Of a DNA stretch of 64,000 bases, positions 10,118 through 20,650 are shown one piece after another. A program made the position numbers and the translations under genes. The notes below the pieces were generated by a model that saw only the letters and a program-made list of their open reading frames with translations, had not been told where the DNA came from and made no database searches. Position 1 is the stretch's first letter; each line of letters opens with the position of its first letter. This stretch comes from a virus, in the IMG/VR virus record IMGVR_UViG_3300031834_001450, positions 19,335 through 83,334 of that record; one strand, 5' to 3'.

Positions 10118-11458
10118 ATGTCAGCAACAAATCTAGGGGATCAATATATTACATTTGATTATAAACACCCAGCAAAAGGAAGTGATTTTAATACTCTTCT
10201 TAGAGAAGCAATTACTCCTGGTGTTTATAAAGGTGGTCTTATTACTTATTCTGGTACAGGAATAACAATAGCTCCCTTTGTTATATATATAAATACAAGT
10301 ACAGACAAACTTGTAAGAATTGAAACTAGAGCGAATGTAAATATAACAGTTACAGAATCTACACCAGTAATAGCACTTACGTATACTTGGCAAGATGTTT
10401 CAGAAGATTGGTTAGATTTTAATCAAAGAGCATCTGGATCTGGAGCATTAACAAATGAAGTATGTTTAGGTGAATGTGTATTTGGTGGTGGAGTAATTAC
10501 AAGTATAACTTATGCTAGTAAAACTTGGGGTAAAAAATTTACAAATGATGTTCCTATTGGAACTTCTCCTTTTATAATAACCTCTACAACTAAAGTATCA
10601 AATCTTAATGTAGATCAAGTTGATGGAGCAGATTTAAGTACAGACGTAACTTTTGCTGGAAATAGTGATGTTTTAATACCTAGTCAAAAAGCAGTAAAAA
10701 CATTAACATCACATCCTATAACAGCATATAAACAAGCAACATATCCTATAACAGATACAGATGGATTACAAGTTATCGAAGTAAATACGACAGCGGGGGC
10801 AGTTACAATTACTCTCCCTCTTATGGCTAATAATCTAGGAAGACAAATACGAATCCAATTTGTAAAAAATGATGCTTCTCTTGATGTAGTTACAATCTCT
10901 CCTCATGCTACAGATGCTGGTAAATTATCAAATGATTTACTCGCATCGATTATACTTCCAAAAGTTGGAGATTTTATAGTAGTTCAACAAAGTGTAAATT
11001 CAGATTGTTGGGAGATTGTAAATGAAAGAATTACAAGTCAGTTGAGATTAGACACATATGCGGGTTATGGATCAACTGATACAAAAATTATGAGATTTAC
11101 AACTGTTACTGAAAATTTTGGAAATATGTTTTCAGAAAACCATGTTAGTGGGTATTCTGGTAATGCTAAAGGGTTGGAAATTACTATAAATCGATCAGGA
11201 AGATATGCTTTTATACATTCTGGAGTAGAAAGTGGGACAGCTGCATTTTATGGTCTTTCACTTAATTCAGCACAACGTACAACTGATGTAACATCAATTA
11301 CAGCTAATACTATTTGCTCAATAAGTTTTGGGTCAGCTACAGCTGGAATTGTTATGGCTTATACAGCGTATCTTAAAAAAGGAGATATTATGAGACCACA
11401 CTCAACAGCAATAGCTCCGGGGAATATATTTTTTTCTTGCACATATTTAGGAAATTAA
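10118..11458 (+). CDS. Tail fibre / receptor-binding protein 1
   Basis: T/S/G-rich; paralogous with 11861-13132; followed by a chaperone gene. Confidence 0.75.
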   Translation: MSATNLGDQYITFDYKHPAKGSDFNTLLREAITPGVYKGGLITYSGTGITIAPFVIYINTSTDKLVRIETRANVNITVTESTPVIALTYTWQDVSEDWLDFNQRASGSGALTNEVCLGECVFGGGVITSITYASKTWGKKFTNDVPIGTSPFIITSTTKVSNLNVDQVDGADLSTDVTFAGNSDVLIPSQKAVKTLTSHPITAYKQATYPITDTDGLQVIEVNTTAGAVTITLPLMANNLGRQIRIQFVKNDASLDVVTISPHATDAGKLSNDLLASIILPKVGDFIVVQQSVNSDCWEIVNERITSQLRLDTYAGYGSTDTKIMRFTTVTENFGNMFSENHVSGYSGNAKGLEITINRSGRYAFIHSGVESGTAAFYGLSLNSAQRTTDVTSITANTICSISFGSATAGIVMAYTAYLKKGDIMRPHSTAIAPGNIFFSCTYLGN

Positions 11459-11459
11459 A

Positions 11460-11849
11460 ATGAAAAGATATATAAAAATAAATGAAAAAAATGAAATTAT
11501 AGACTTATTTCATGAACATGTTGTTTCTAAGTTTGATGGAACGGAAATATTTTTTGATGAAGTTCAAGAACAATCAATATGGATAGAAAATAAATGTATT
11601 TCAGATGAAATGGGAAATCCAATATTTAAATTTATAAATAAAGAAATTATTGAAATAGATACTTCTGTAAATTTAAAAGAATTTAGATATAATAGAGATT
11701 TAGAAATATGTATATCTCAAAGAAAATCTGCTTATATAAACGAAAGTGATGGATTATTTTTCGATTTTCAACGAGGGGAAATAGAAAAATCAGTATGGAT
11801 AGCTAAAGTTGAAGAAATAAAAACTAGATTTCCAAAACCAATAGAATAA
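11460..11849 (+). CDS. Tail fibre assembly chaperone 1
   Basis: C-terminal R..AY..ESD.LFF.....W...V.EIK.RFPKP motif. Confidence 0.7.
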   Translation: MKRYIKINEKNEIIDLFHEHVVSKFDGTEIFFDEVQEQSIWIENKCISDEMGNPIFKFINKEIIEIDTSVNLKEFRYNRDLEICISQRKSAYINESDGLFFDFQRGEIEKSVWIAKVEEIKTRFPKPIE

Positions 11850-11860
11850 AAAGGTATAAC

Positions 11861-13132
11861 ATGGGAACAACAGATTATGGAACACAGACAATAACTTTTA
11901 GATATAATCAAGCACTTATATCTTCTGATTTAGGAAAACTACTTTATAATATTACTAAACCAGGTATATATGATGGTGGTAATCTTACAATAAATTCTGG
12001 AAATAATGTTAATATAGCACCTCTTGATTTATTGGTAGAAACATCAGCACTACAAATGATGCATGTAAAAACTACAACAAACATAGTATTTCCTATTACT
12101 GAATCTACTCCATATATAACGTGTCAATTTACATGGGTAGATTCTACAACTAATTATATGGATTTTACTGCTAAAGCCGTAGGGGACTTACTTACTTCTG
12201 ATGTAGTTGTTGGTATGGGAGTATATGTAGCAAGTACTTTAACTTCATTTTCTTATACATCTAAAACATGGGGTACATTTGATAGAAGTGGTAATATGAG
12301 AAGTACAAATGTTATTGCTGCTACAGATGTTACTATTTTAGGAGCTAATGGATTATATAATAGTACTAAAGCACTTACAACATATGGTAATACAACAGTA
12401 GCAAAAACAGCTAATTATGTTATGTTAGATAATGATGGATATTCAAGAATTGAGTGTGACACAACTTCTAATGCAATTACTATTACGCTTCCAGCAGTTG
12501 CAACAAACAGAGGTAGACGCATAGAAATTGCCTTGGTTAAAAATGATGCTTCTTTGGATAAGGTAATTATTCAAGGAGCAGCAGGGTCTATAATGTCCGA
12601 AGATTTACTTGCTGCAATTTGGCTTACGAAAGTTGGAGATTTTATTTGCGTGCAAGAATCCGCAACAAGCGGTGCTTGGAATATAGTAAATGAAAGAATT
12701 ACAAGTCAGTTGAAATTAAACACATATGCTGGCTATGGATCAACAGATAATAAAATTATGCGATTTACGAATGTTGTAACAAATTTTGGAAATATGTTTT
12801 CAGAAAATCATGTTTCTGGATATACGGCAAATGCCAAAGGGCTAGAAATTACCATAAATCGATCAGGGAGATATGCTATTTCTTTTTCAGCTCAAGGAGG
12901 AGCTGCGACAAATAATGGATTAAGTCTAAATTCAACAGAACTAACGACTTCATTAGAGACTATCACGGTGACAGATAGACTCGTAATTACTGTGGCATTA
13001 TCCTCCTGTGGTTCAATAACAGTAAATATGTTTTTTAAAAAAAATGATATAATTAGACCCCATACTGCTGGACTAGCTCCAGCTTCAAATAATGCGCTAA
13101 CTCATTTCAACGTAGAATATATAGGAAACTAA
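11861..13132 (+). CDS. Tail fibre / receptor-binding protein 2
   Basis: Paralog of fibre 1 (shared N-domain and ERITSQL...GLEITINRSGRYA block). Confidence 0.75.
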   Translation: MGTTDYGTQTITFRYNQALISSDLGKLLYNITKPGIYDGGNLTINSGNNVNIAPLDLLVETSALQMMHVKTTTNIVFPITESTPYITCQFTWVDSTTNYMDFTAKAVGDLLTSDVVVGMGVYVASTLTSFSYTSKTWGTFDRSGNMRSTNVIAATDVTILGANGLYNSTKALTTYGNTTVAKTANYVMLDNDGYSRIECDTTSNAITITLPAVATNRGRRIEIALVKNDASLDKVIIQGAAGSIMSEDLLAAIWLTKVGDFICVQESATSGAWNIVNERITSQLKLNTYAGYGSTDNKIMRFTNVVTNFGNMFSENHVSGYTANAKGLEITINRSGRYAISFSAQGGAATNNGLSLNSTELTTSLETITVTDRLVITVALSSCGSITVNMFFKKNDIIRPHTAGLAPASNNALTHFNVEYIGN

Positions 13133-13146
13133 AGGGATAAAAAAAA

Positions 13147-13556
13147 ATGAAGCGATACATCAAAACAAACAATGAAAATTTTATAATAGATATTTTTCAT
13201 GAACATCAAAAAGAAAAATTTGATGGAAGCGAAATATTTTTAGACGAAGTAGAAAAGCAATCTGTTTGGATAGATGGAAAAGTAATTTTTGATGAAACTA
13301 ACAATCCAATATTCAAACTAATATCTAATAAACCCATCTTACAACCAGAAAATATTTTATATACTGAATATAAACAAAAAAAATAGACAATAAAAAATTA
13401 CAAGATGCTAAAGATTATCTATTTGAAACTGATCATAAAATTATAAAACAAATAGAACTTGGAGAAGCTTGTCCGCCAGATGTTTTAAACAAACGGCAAG
13501 CAGCTAGAGCAACAATTTCAGAGATAGAAGGAACTGATAAAAAAAAGCTAAAATAA
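13147..13556 (+). CDS. Tail fibre assembly chaperone 2, split by a -1 frameshift at an A8 run (13376-13383)
   Basis: The 79-aa ORF matches the N-half of chaperone 1. The -1 frame continues IDNKKLQDAKDYLFETDHKIIKQIELGEACPPDVLNKRQAARATISEIEG to TAA 13556. Confidence 0.65.
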
Positions 13557-13615
13557 AAATAATCTTAGTTTAAAAAAAGTTTAAAAAAAGTTTAAGAGAA
13601 TAATAATTTAAAAAA

Positions 13616-14935
13616 ATGTCAATATCTAAATATGAATTTGAAATGCTCTCAACTCCTAGTTGTATCAATTTTTATAAAGAAGATTATAAAGATGGAGATA
13701 AATTAGGTACACCTATTAGAAATTGGTCAAAGATTCTTTTTAAAGATTCTTTATTTGATTTCTTTCCGTACAGTGAAATATATTTTAAAGATTCTGCTGG
13801 TCAAATAGTTGATAGTGTTTATTTTGTAGAAGGTCTTGAATTTCATTGTAAATTAGGTTTTCAAGAAGAAATAGTAAAAGATAAAGATGATAATGATAAA
13901 AAAATTGGTGGATATCTAGAATATGATTATATTTGGTCTGCTTTTGAAATAAACAATATTACATTTGCCCAATCAATATCTGGTGATAATATGTTTATGA
14001 TGGTATCTAAACATTTTTATAATGATTATCCACAATCTAGAACTTTTAATCATGAAAGTTCTACTAAACAAACAATAAGTAATATACTTATCAATACAAT
14101 ATTACCTGCTTGGGGAATAGATAAAAGTAAATTTAGAGGTGGAGAAAAAGGTAAAGAAATAAATTCTATTACTGATACTACTGGTACGCCATATTTAAAT
14201 CAAAACAATATATCTAATAAATTATTTATTTCTAAATTAGCAGAATATGCATATAGTCAAAATAATAAAGCATCTGGGTTTTATACATTTATAAATTGTA
14301 ATGGTGAATTTTATTTTATGACTATACAAGGTATGTTAAATCAACCCCCTGTTAGAAAATATAAAATAGATTTACATCAAGATATGATGACAGATGAATA
14401 TTATATTAAAGATTATCGAGTATTAAATGGTGGAGTTCCAGTTAATTTTGAAAATTATAAAAGAAAAATATATAGATATAAAGCAGATGGAACGAATATC
14501 GCAGAAATAAAAAATATTCAAACTTATGCAAATGAATCTGAATTAGATACAGCAACTCAACTTCTTATTAGAAAACAATATATACCAACTGTAAATAGTA
14601 AAGTAACATATGGTGGAATACAAGAAGAAGAAAATGGATTAGAATTTTATCAAGGTTTTGTAAATTATTTTTATAGAGATACACTTTTATGTTATAGAAT
14701 GGTAATTGTAGTTGATTTTTATGCTGGGCTAGTATCAGGAAAAACTATAGAAATAGAAGTAGAAAAACAAACTAAAACAAATGAAATAGCTGGAGAGTTT
14801 TCTGGTAAATGGTTAATATGTGAATCAATACATATCATGGATAAAAATGGTATTCCTTATTCACAACTTACAATAAGTAAACCTCAAATAAAAATAGATC
14901 AATCCCATCCATTTAAAAAAGATTTTACTCCATGA
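13616..14935 (+). CDS. Baseplate hub protein (gp27/gpD-like)
   Basis: C-terminal G.VSGKTIEI...FSGKWLICESIH motif. Confidence 0.6.
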   Translation: MSISKYEFEMLSTPSCINFYKEDYKDGDKLGTPIRNWSKILFKDSLFDFFPYSEIYFKDSAGQIVDSVYFVEGLEFHCKLGFQEEIVKDKDDNDKKIGGYLEYDYIWSAFEINNITFAQSISGDNMFMMVSKHFYNDYPQSRTFNHESSTKQTISNILINTILPAWGIDKSKFRGGEKGKEINSITDTTGTPYLNQNNISNKLFISKLAEYAYSQNNKASGFYTFINCNGEFYFMTIQGMLNQPPVRKYKIDLHQDMMTDEYYIKDYRVLNGGVPVNFENYKRKIYRYKADGTNIAEIKNIQTYANESELDTATQLLIRKQYIPTVNSKVTYGGIQEEENGLEFYQGFVNYFYRDTLLCYRMVIVVDFYAGLVSGKTIEIEVEKQTKTNEIAGEFSGKWLICESIHIMDKNGIPYSQLTISKPQIKIDQSHPFKKDFTP

Positions 14936-15312
14936 ACAAAAAAACAATACTCCTTGTTGAAGATGAAATTATTATAGCAATAACAACTAAAATAATTCTT
15001 GAAAATTATGGGTATATTGTTATTGTTGTTAATACTGGAGAAGACGCAATAAAAACTATAAAAAATATACCTAATATTCAACTTCTTCTTATAGATATTG
15101 ATTTAGGAAAAGGACTAGATGGTATTGAAACTGCAGAAATAATTTTAAAAAATTATGACATTCCAATAATTTTTCGTTCAAGTCATATAGAACAAGATAT
15201 TATAGAAAAGATTAAAAATATAAAAAAAATAACTTCATATAGTTATATAACAAAAAATTCAAATAATGTCGATCTTGACATCTCAATAAAAATGGCATTT
15301 AAATTATTGTAA
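14932..15312 (+). CDS. Stand-alone response-regulator receiver domain (CheY-like)
   Basis: ILLVEDE acidic pair, LLLIDIDL phosphoacceptor Asp, IPIIFRSSH, YITK. Confidence 0.9.
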   Translation: MNKKTILLVEDEIIIAITTKIILENYGYIVIVVNTGEDAIKTIKNIPNIQLLLIDIDLGKGLDGIETAEIILKNYDIPIIFRSSHIEQDIIEKIKNIKKITSYSYITKNSNNVDLDISIKMAFKLL

Positions 15313-15317
15313 ACAAA

Positions 15318-15572
15318 TTATATTTTATGTTGATGTTTATGTTTAGAAATTAAAAAAATAGATTTTATAAAAAGTTCTATTTTTTTTTGAATCTTTTTTC
15401 TCATATATCTATTAAATGATTGTCTAAGTAATTCAATTTCTTGTACTATAATTTCTTTAGGTGCATGAAATTCAATTAATTGCAAAAATCTTTTTTTTCT
15501 TCTATTTATTAAATAATTATAGTAGAAATTTCTTTCTCTTCTTATATAATGCTTAATAGTCTTGATGAACAT
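15318..15572 (-). CDS. Hypothetical protein
   Basis: ORF co-oriented with the minus-strand block. Confidence 0.4.
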   Translation of the reverse strand: MFIKTIKHYIRRERNFYYNYLINRRKKRFLQLIEFHAPKEIIVQEIELLRQSFNRYMRKKIQKKIELFIKSIFLISKHKHQHKI

Positions 15573-16453
15573 TCTTCTGATACCTCCTTTGATAAAATTT
15601 TTTCAATAGAATATTTTTTAAACTTTTCAAGTATTGTTGCTTTTTCAAATTCTTGTTTAAAAGAACTTTCTGTATTTTCTGTTCTTAATAGTTTAATACC
15701 AGCTTCTCTTATATAATAATCTTTATATTTTTCGTATACTAATTTTTTATTTGGTACATTTATAATATTAAGTATATTATTTTTATTTGATGGTTCTTCT
15801 CCATAATTAATAGTTTCATATTGAAAATAAATTGGAACTTTAATAATTTCTATTTGTTTATTATTTATTTTAAATATCTTATGATTTTGATCTTCTAAGT
15901 GTCGAGTGCTTACTGGAATACCTACGATATGATGTTGATTATTATAATTATCAATAAAAGAAGATTGTAGATGATGATGGCCATGAAAAAAACATCCTTT
16001 TAAATTTGGAAAAGATACGCCTTCATCTGCAAATTGAGTTTCTTGTGGCATTAAATGAGTAAAAATAAAATCAAAATTACCTTCTAAATCTTGATATGTT
16101 TTATAATCATATTTAAAAGGAAGCATAAGACAATTCATATTATCTATAATAACAGATGTTGCATCTTCATAAACAAATACATTATCTATTAATTGAAATG
16201 CAGATAAAGCACTCCCTTTGTTTTTTGATAGATCATGATTGCCCTCTAATATATGAGTTATATTTTTTCTTTTCAAAAGAAATTCTTTAAAAATTTTATA
16301 AACTGACCAAACTGGAGTTGAATTATCAAAAATATCACCTAACAAAATTAATTCTTCATTACAATAATTATCATTTAACCAATTTAAAAATTGTTTAGTT
16401 GATTTTAAAAAAGGTTCTTTATTTTTTAAATGTAAATCAGAACAACAAATCAT
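15542..16453 (-). CDS. sbcD: SbcD/Mre11-like nuclease
   Basis: SDLH, GDIFD, GNHD, FTH and HGHHH metallophosphoesterase motifs. Confidence 0.8.
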   Translation of the reverse strand: MICCSDLHLKNKEPFLKSTKQFLNWLNDNYCNEELILLGDIFDNSTPVWSVYKIFKEFLLKRKNITHILEGNHDLSKNKGSALSAFQLIDNVFVYEDATSVIIDNMNCLMLPFKYDYKTYQDLEGNFDFIFTHLMPQETQFADEGVSFPNLKGCFFHGHHHLQSSFIDNYNNQHHIVGIPVSTRHLEDQNHKIFKINNKQIEIIKVPIYFQYETINYGEEPSNKNNILNIINVPNKKLVYEKYKDYYIREAGIKLLRTENTESSFKQEFEKATILEKFKKYSIEKILSKEVSEECSSRLLSII

Positions 16454-16592
16454 AGTTTATTTTCCTCATATGCCTTATATTTATTAATTAGTTTATCTAT
16501 AACAGGAACAAGACCACTTATACTATTAACATTATCTTCAAAATCTTCAATTAAATATTTTAATATTTCTAAATCTTCTATAAGAGTAGTAT

Positions 16593-16847
16593 TCATATTA
16601 TTCCTTTTTCCTTATATCTTTGACAAATTCCTTTTAAAGTATTATATAATATATTAAGTTGTATTCTATTCTTTCTAATATATTTCATATCATACTCATT
16701 TAATGCCATACATATTAATTTAGTAGAAAAATTTTTTTGTAAATTTTGTAATAATTTAAGTTTTTGACTATAAGAAATTTCAATTATATTAGACAATATA
16801 TCATTTATATTTTGTTCTCGAATAAAATTATAATATATTTGTCTCAT
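16593..16847 (-). CDS. Hypothetical protein
   Basis: ORF with AGGAG RBS. Confidence 0.55.
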   Translation of the reverse strand: MRQIYYNFIREQNINDILSNIIEISYSQKLKLLQNLQKNFSTKLICMALNEYDMKYIRKNRIQLNILYNTLKGICQRYKEKGII

Positions 16848-16893
16848 TTCTATTTTCTCCTATTAATAAAATATAAACTAATTATAAAAAATT

Positions 16894-16931
16894 AAACTTT
16901 AAATAAGAATTTAAATTCTTATTTAAAGTTT
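16894..16931. terminator. 38-bp perfect palindrome, probable terminator
   Basis: AAACTTTAAATAAGAATTT/AAATTCTTATTTAAAGTTT directly downstream of 16946-17239. Confidence 0.6.
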
Positions 16932-16945
16932 TTTTATTATTTAAA

Positions 16946-17239
16946 TTATTTAGTTTTTTTAAACAATAATAAAATAGCTAACAATGTAATAAATTGCCAA
17001 CCATTACTTTTTAGTTCAGTGCTTATAATTGTTATTACATCTTTAGATACTGTAAGAATATATGCTATCATTCCTACTTTACCTGTAAAAATTACATCTA
17101 TTATAAGAGCAGTTACAAAAATTAAAATTAGCGCTCCTTTAAAACTCGCTAATTGTAATGTAATAGAACTTATAATTACATCAAAAACTCCTAAAATCTT
17201 AATACCAAATGCTGTTAACCATGCTACAAGCTTAACCAT
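16946..17239 (-). CDS. Small multi-TM membrane protein, holin candidate
   Basis: 97 aa, mostly hydrophobic with a basic C-terminus; TACTAATTA variant motif upstream. Confidence 0.45.
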   Translation of the reverse strand: MVKLVAWLTAFGIKILGVFDVIISSITLQLASFKGALILIFVTALIIDVIFTGKVGMIAYILTVSKDVITIISTELKSNGWQFITLLAILLLFKKTK

Positions 17240-17344
17240 ACAAAATTACCTCAAAATTAAATTTTAAAACTTAATAATAATTAGTATTTATTTTATTTTA
17301 TTTTAATTTTTAATGAATTATTATAACTTCAATTAAAATAATAA

Positions 17345-18484
17345 TTAACTTCTCCTTCTTATTATATTTCCTTTATTTTGTAATATATCAATTTCAGATA
17401 TTCTTTTTTTAGTTTCATTTTTTTCTTTATTCTGATTAAAAATATCCACTAGAATAAAATCTATTATCTCCTGGTTGACATAGGGATATTTATTTAATTC
17501 GAATAATTTGTTAAGTGCATATTCAACTTGTTGAATACTAATTGTTTTATCTATACCTTGAAGTTGTTGAGTTTGCCAATAGGGAACTTCAATTCCAGAT
17601 AAACTTTTATATATAGTACCTAACATATATCTTAATTTATCTTTTAACTCTATTGTATATTGAATATTAAAAGCTTCTGAATTTCCCTTGAATAAATAAT
17701 TTATACTTGTTATTAAATCACTACTAGATATTATTTCAAGTTCTTTTGTAACTTCATTAACTGTCCATAATTCTGAATAGATAATTCTTTCTAAGTAACT
17801 TAATGCTTGTCTCATACTACCATAACTATTTTCTGCTATAGTTAATAATACATTTATTTTTTCTTCATTATCAATTAATACATTTTCTTGTTTACATATA
17901 AAGTATAATTGTTTAGATATTTCTTCAATAGTATGTGGTTTAAGTTTATAAGTTGTACAACGATTAACAATAGCTTTTGGAATATCTTTCAAATCTCCCA
18001 TTGATCCTAATATCCAATACACATTTTTATAATTTTTTTCAATTGGTTTTAATAAATTATTAAGTGCTGCTTTCGTCTTTGACATTTCTTGTATTTCATC
18101 AAGGCAAAATACTTTAGCATTAGCATTAGAAAAACTTTTAATTTCCGCATTTTCTGCAATTTCTCTAGCAGTATCTATTCCAATATTTGATGAATTGTAT
18201 TCAAAATAAAAATTAGAAATTTTTTCGTCTATAATAGTTTTACAAATATTACAAATATTACAACTATTACCATTTTCATCTTTATCCCTACATAAAATAT
18301 TTTTAGCTATTATTCTTTGTAAGGTCGTCTTACCCACACCAGTATTACCAGTTAATAATAATACTCTTGGTATTGTACTTTCTTTAGATCTTTTTTGTAG
18401 ATCTTTTATTGTTGCTATATGACCAATTACTTCAGATAATTGATTTGGTCTATATTTATTATAGAGTAAAGTATTATTATTCAT
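17345..18484 (-). CDS. dnaX: Clamp loader, DNA Pol III gamma/tau-like
   Basis: LYNKYRP, GNTGVGKTT, C..CNICNIC zinc motif, DEIQ, NRC, GSMRQA. Confidence 0.9.
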   Translation of the reverse strand: MNNNTLLYNKYRPNQLSEVIGHIATIKDLQKRSKESTIPRVLLLTGNTGVGKTTLQRIIAKNILCRDKDENGNSCNICNICKTIIDEKISNFYFEYNSSNIGIDTAREIAENAEIKSFSNANAKVFCLDEIQEMSKTKAALNNLLKPIEKNYKNVYWILGSMGDLKDIPKAIVNRCTTYKLKPHTIEEISKQLYFICKQENVLIDNEEKINVLLTIAENSYGSMRQALSYLERIIYSELWTVNEVTKELEIISSSDLITSINYLFKGNSEAFNIQYTIELKDKLRYMLGTIYKSLSGIEVPYWQTQQLQGIDKTISIQQVEYALNKLFELNKYPYVNQEIIDFILVDIFNQNKEKNETKKRISEIDILQNKGNIIRRRS

Positions 18485-18490
18485 TTATCC

Positions 18491-18805
18491 TTATCCTTTT
18501 TCAATTCCAGAAAATTCGCAATCTGCCAACCCTTGTAAACCTCTAAATTCAATTGTAGATATACAATCAGAAATATTTAAACAATCAATACATAATCGTG
18601 GTAATTTAATATTTTTAAGAATTGGACAATCTTGTACGTATTTTGGACAAATAGCGTTATCTATATTACACCAATTATAATAATCTACTTTTGAAATTGT
18701 TTCATTTATTTTTAATTCAGAATTATATTCAATATGACAATTATTATTTATTTTATGAGAGGATAGATGTATACAATATCGACAAAATGTATCTAAATCT
18801 AACAT
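18491..18805 (-). CDS. Cys-rich hypothetical protein
   Basis: Multiple CxxC motifs. Confidence 0.55.
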   Translation of the reverse strand: MLDLDTFCRYCIHLSSHKINNNCHIEYNSELKINETISKVDYYNWCNIDNAICPKYVQDCPILKNIKLPRLCIDCLNISDCISTIEFRGLQGLADCEFSGIEKG

Positions 18806-19242
18806 AATAAACCCCTTTTTTATTTTTCAATCTATCTTATATTCTATTAATATTTTTGCAATTTCTACAACATCTATTATTTCCCAATCTTTTTCTCTAG
18901 TTCCTTGCTTTGGAAAAACAACTGCAATTTTTTATAGATATAAAATTCTCATCTTTCTTTTGGAGTCTCACCAATTAATTCTTATATTATTAATCTTTCA
19001 TATAGCATTTCATTTTATTTTATTTCTCCTTTAATAAGTATTAAATTTATCAAAATAAATTTAATAAAATTATTTTTTTTTAATTCCCATTATTTTATAT
19101 ACTTTTCGATCACTGATTTTAGAAATAATATATGCAACGAAAATAACAATAAAATAAAAACCAAGAATTATTCCAAGACAAATTCCAACAAATAATAGTA
19201 CATTCTCATTAATTTCATTCATAGTTGCAAATATCCTCTTTT

Positions 19243-19644
19243 TTAATTTATTGCAGACATCCCCAAAATAAATCTCATTTGTTCTGTATTATTTTCAACA
19301 ATCATTACTTTAAACATAATAGAATTTGCACTAGTGTCGTGTAAAACATAATAAAATTTACAATCTTTCATTAAAATAGTAGTTATTTTAATTCCTTGAG
19401 AATCTATTTTAACTGTTATTGATTTAATTTTTTTAGGTGTTTCATCAATACCTACAACGGTAATTTCATCTGCGTCTATTATAACCATATTTCTCATATC
19501 ACCATTTAAATAAGCTTCACTTCCACCAGCAGAAATACCAAGTAATTGCCAAGTACCTATATACTTAAAATTTAAAAAACTTTCTTCTGTTGCATATAGG
19601 ACAGAACTTACAAATAACAATACTATCATTAAATATGTTTTCAT
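19243..19644 (-). CDS. Secreted hypothetical protein (lipocalin-like GTW motif)
   Basis: N-terminal signal peptide and IGTWQL. Confidence 0.55.
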   Translation of the reverse strand: MKTYLMIVLLFVSSVLYATEESFLNFKYIGTWQLLGISAGGSEAYLNGDMRNMVIIDADEITVVGIDETPKKIKSITVKIDSQGIKITTILMKDCKFYYVLHDTSANSIMFKVMIVENNTEQMRFILGMSAIN

Positions 19645-19684
19645 TTTTTAACCATCCTTTTTTTAATTTTAATATCTTATATAT

Positions 19685-19713
19685 AATATATAAAAAATTT
19701 ATGAAAAATTAAA
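19685..19713 (-). promoter_or_regulatory. Sigma70-like early promoter TTTAAT-N17-TATATT (similar at 24872-24900, 29650-29677, 32367-32395, 39736-39764, 48035-48063, 58008-58035)
   Basis: Recurrent intergenic (G)TTTAATTTTT...TATA(C/T)T with 16-17 nt spacer, always on the minus strand. Confidence 0.65.
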
Positions 19714-19845
19714 CTTTTTTACTTAATTTCTTCTAGTGTAAACTATTATCTCGATTCATTTTTTGAATCTTTTAAAAATAAAAAAATATAATTTGTTCTA
19801 TTATTATTATTATAATTAGAATAATAAAAAGAAATATCATTTTTT

Positions 19846-20127
19846 TCATAAATCTAAAAATTCTTGAATTGTTATTAATTTATGTTCACGTTCTTTTTGA
19901 AAATATTTAATATCATTAGAAAAAAAGATTGTACCATTTTTATTTAAATATAAATAAGAAAAATTAAATTTACAAGATTCATCTTTAATAAGTTGATTTA
20001 CTTCCCAATAATACCCCAACTTAAAACTTTTTAATCGAATTGTATCTAGTACTTCATTATTTATATCTATCTTATATGCAAACATTATTTTTTTCCTACA
20101 AATTATGTCTTCTTGCCCATTCTGCAA
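19846..20127 (-). CDS. Hypothetical protein
   Basis: ORF; true start probably the internal MFAYK. Confidence 0.5.
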   Translation of the reverse strand: MQNGQEDIICRKKIMFAYKIDINNEVLDTIRLKSFKLGYYWEVNQLIKDESCKFNFSYLYLNKNGTIFFSNDIKYFQKEREHKLITIQEFLDL

Positions 20128-20611
20128 TTAATAAACCATCAGCATCTTTATGTAAAGTAATTACCTCTTTATGTTGAGGAAACATTCTAATTCCTATATC
20201 CATAGATGCTTTTTTTTGTTGAGCTGCCCCTTTAATACCTAAAGGTAATAATTCATGTTGCCATAATTTACTATCTACAAAAAAATAGGAAATATTTAAT
20301 TCTTCTAAACAAATTAAAGTACATTCAAATGCTCTTAACGCTGAGGTTGTTGCCTCAAATCTCATTGGATTTACCATTGGTCGTTCTATAAAAACTTTCC
20401 AATTTTTTAATTCATTTTTTGAATAAGTAGTAAATATTTCAACAAGTTTAGGATAATCTATTCGTGTGATATTTTTTGCTTTTGTTTTTTGATAGTTTGT
20501 TACTACTTTTATTGGAGTTTTTCTAAAACTAGAAGTATTATCTGGAAATATAATGCCTATCGTACCAGAACTACCATTATCGATAGCTACATATACAGTA
20601 TTGTTTATCAT
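20096..20611 (-). CDS. RuvC-like Holliday junction resolvase
   Basis: VAIDNGSSG, VFIERP, W....L and DADGLLIAEW. Confidence 0.8.
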   Translation of the reverse strand: MINNTVYVAIDNGSSGTIGIIFPDNTSSFRKTPIKVVTNYQKTKAKNITRIDYPKLVEIFTTYSKNELKNWKVFIERPMVNPMRFEATTSALRAFECTLICLEELNISYFFVDSKLWQHELLPLGIKGAAQQKKASMDIGIRMFPQHKEVITLHKDADGLLIAEWARRHNL

Positions 20612-20650
20612 TATAATACTCCAATTTTTTAATTATTAGTATTAATATTA

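Noticed and set aside
10118-13132. Diversity-generating retroelement or shufflon acting on the fibre genes
   Set aside because: Differences between paralogs are not adenine-specific, both copies are full co-oriented genes, and no reverse transcriptase or invertase is in the window.
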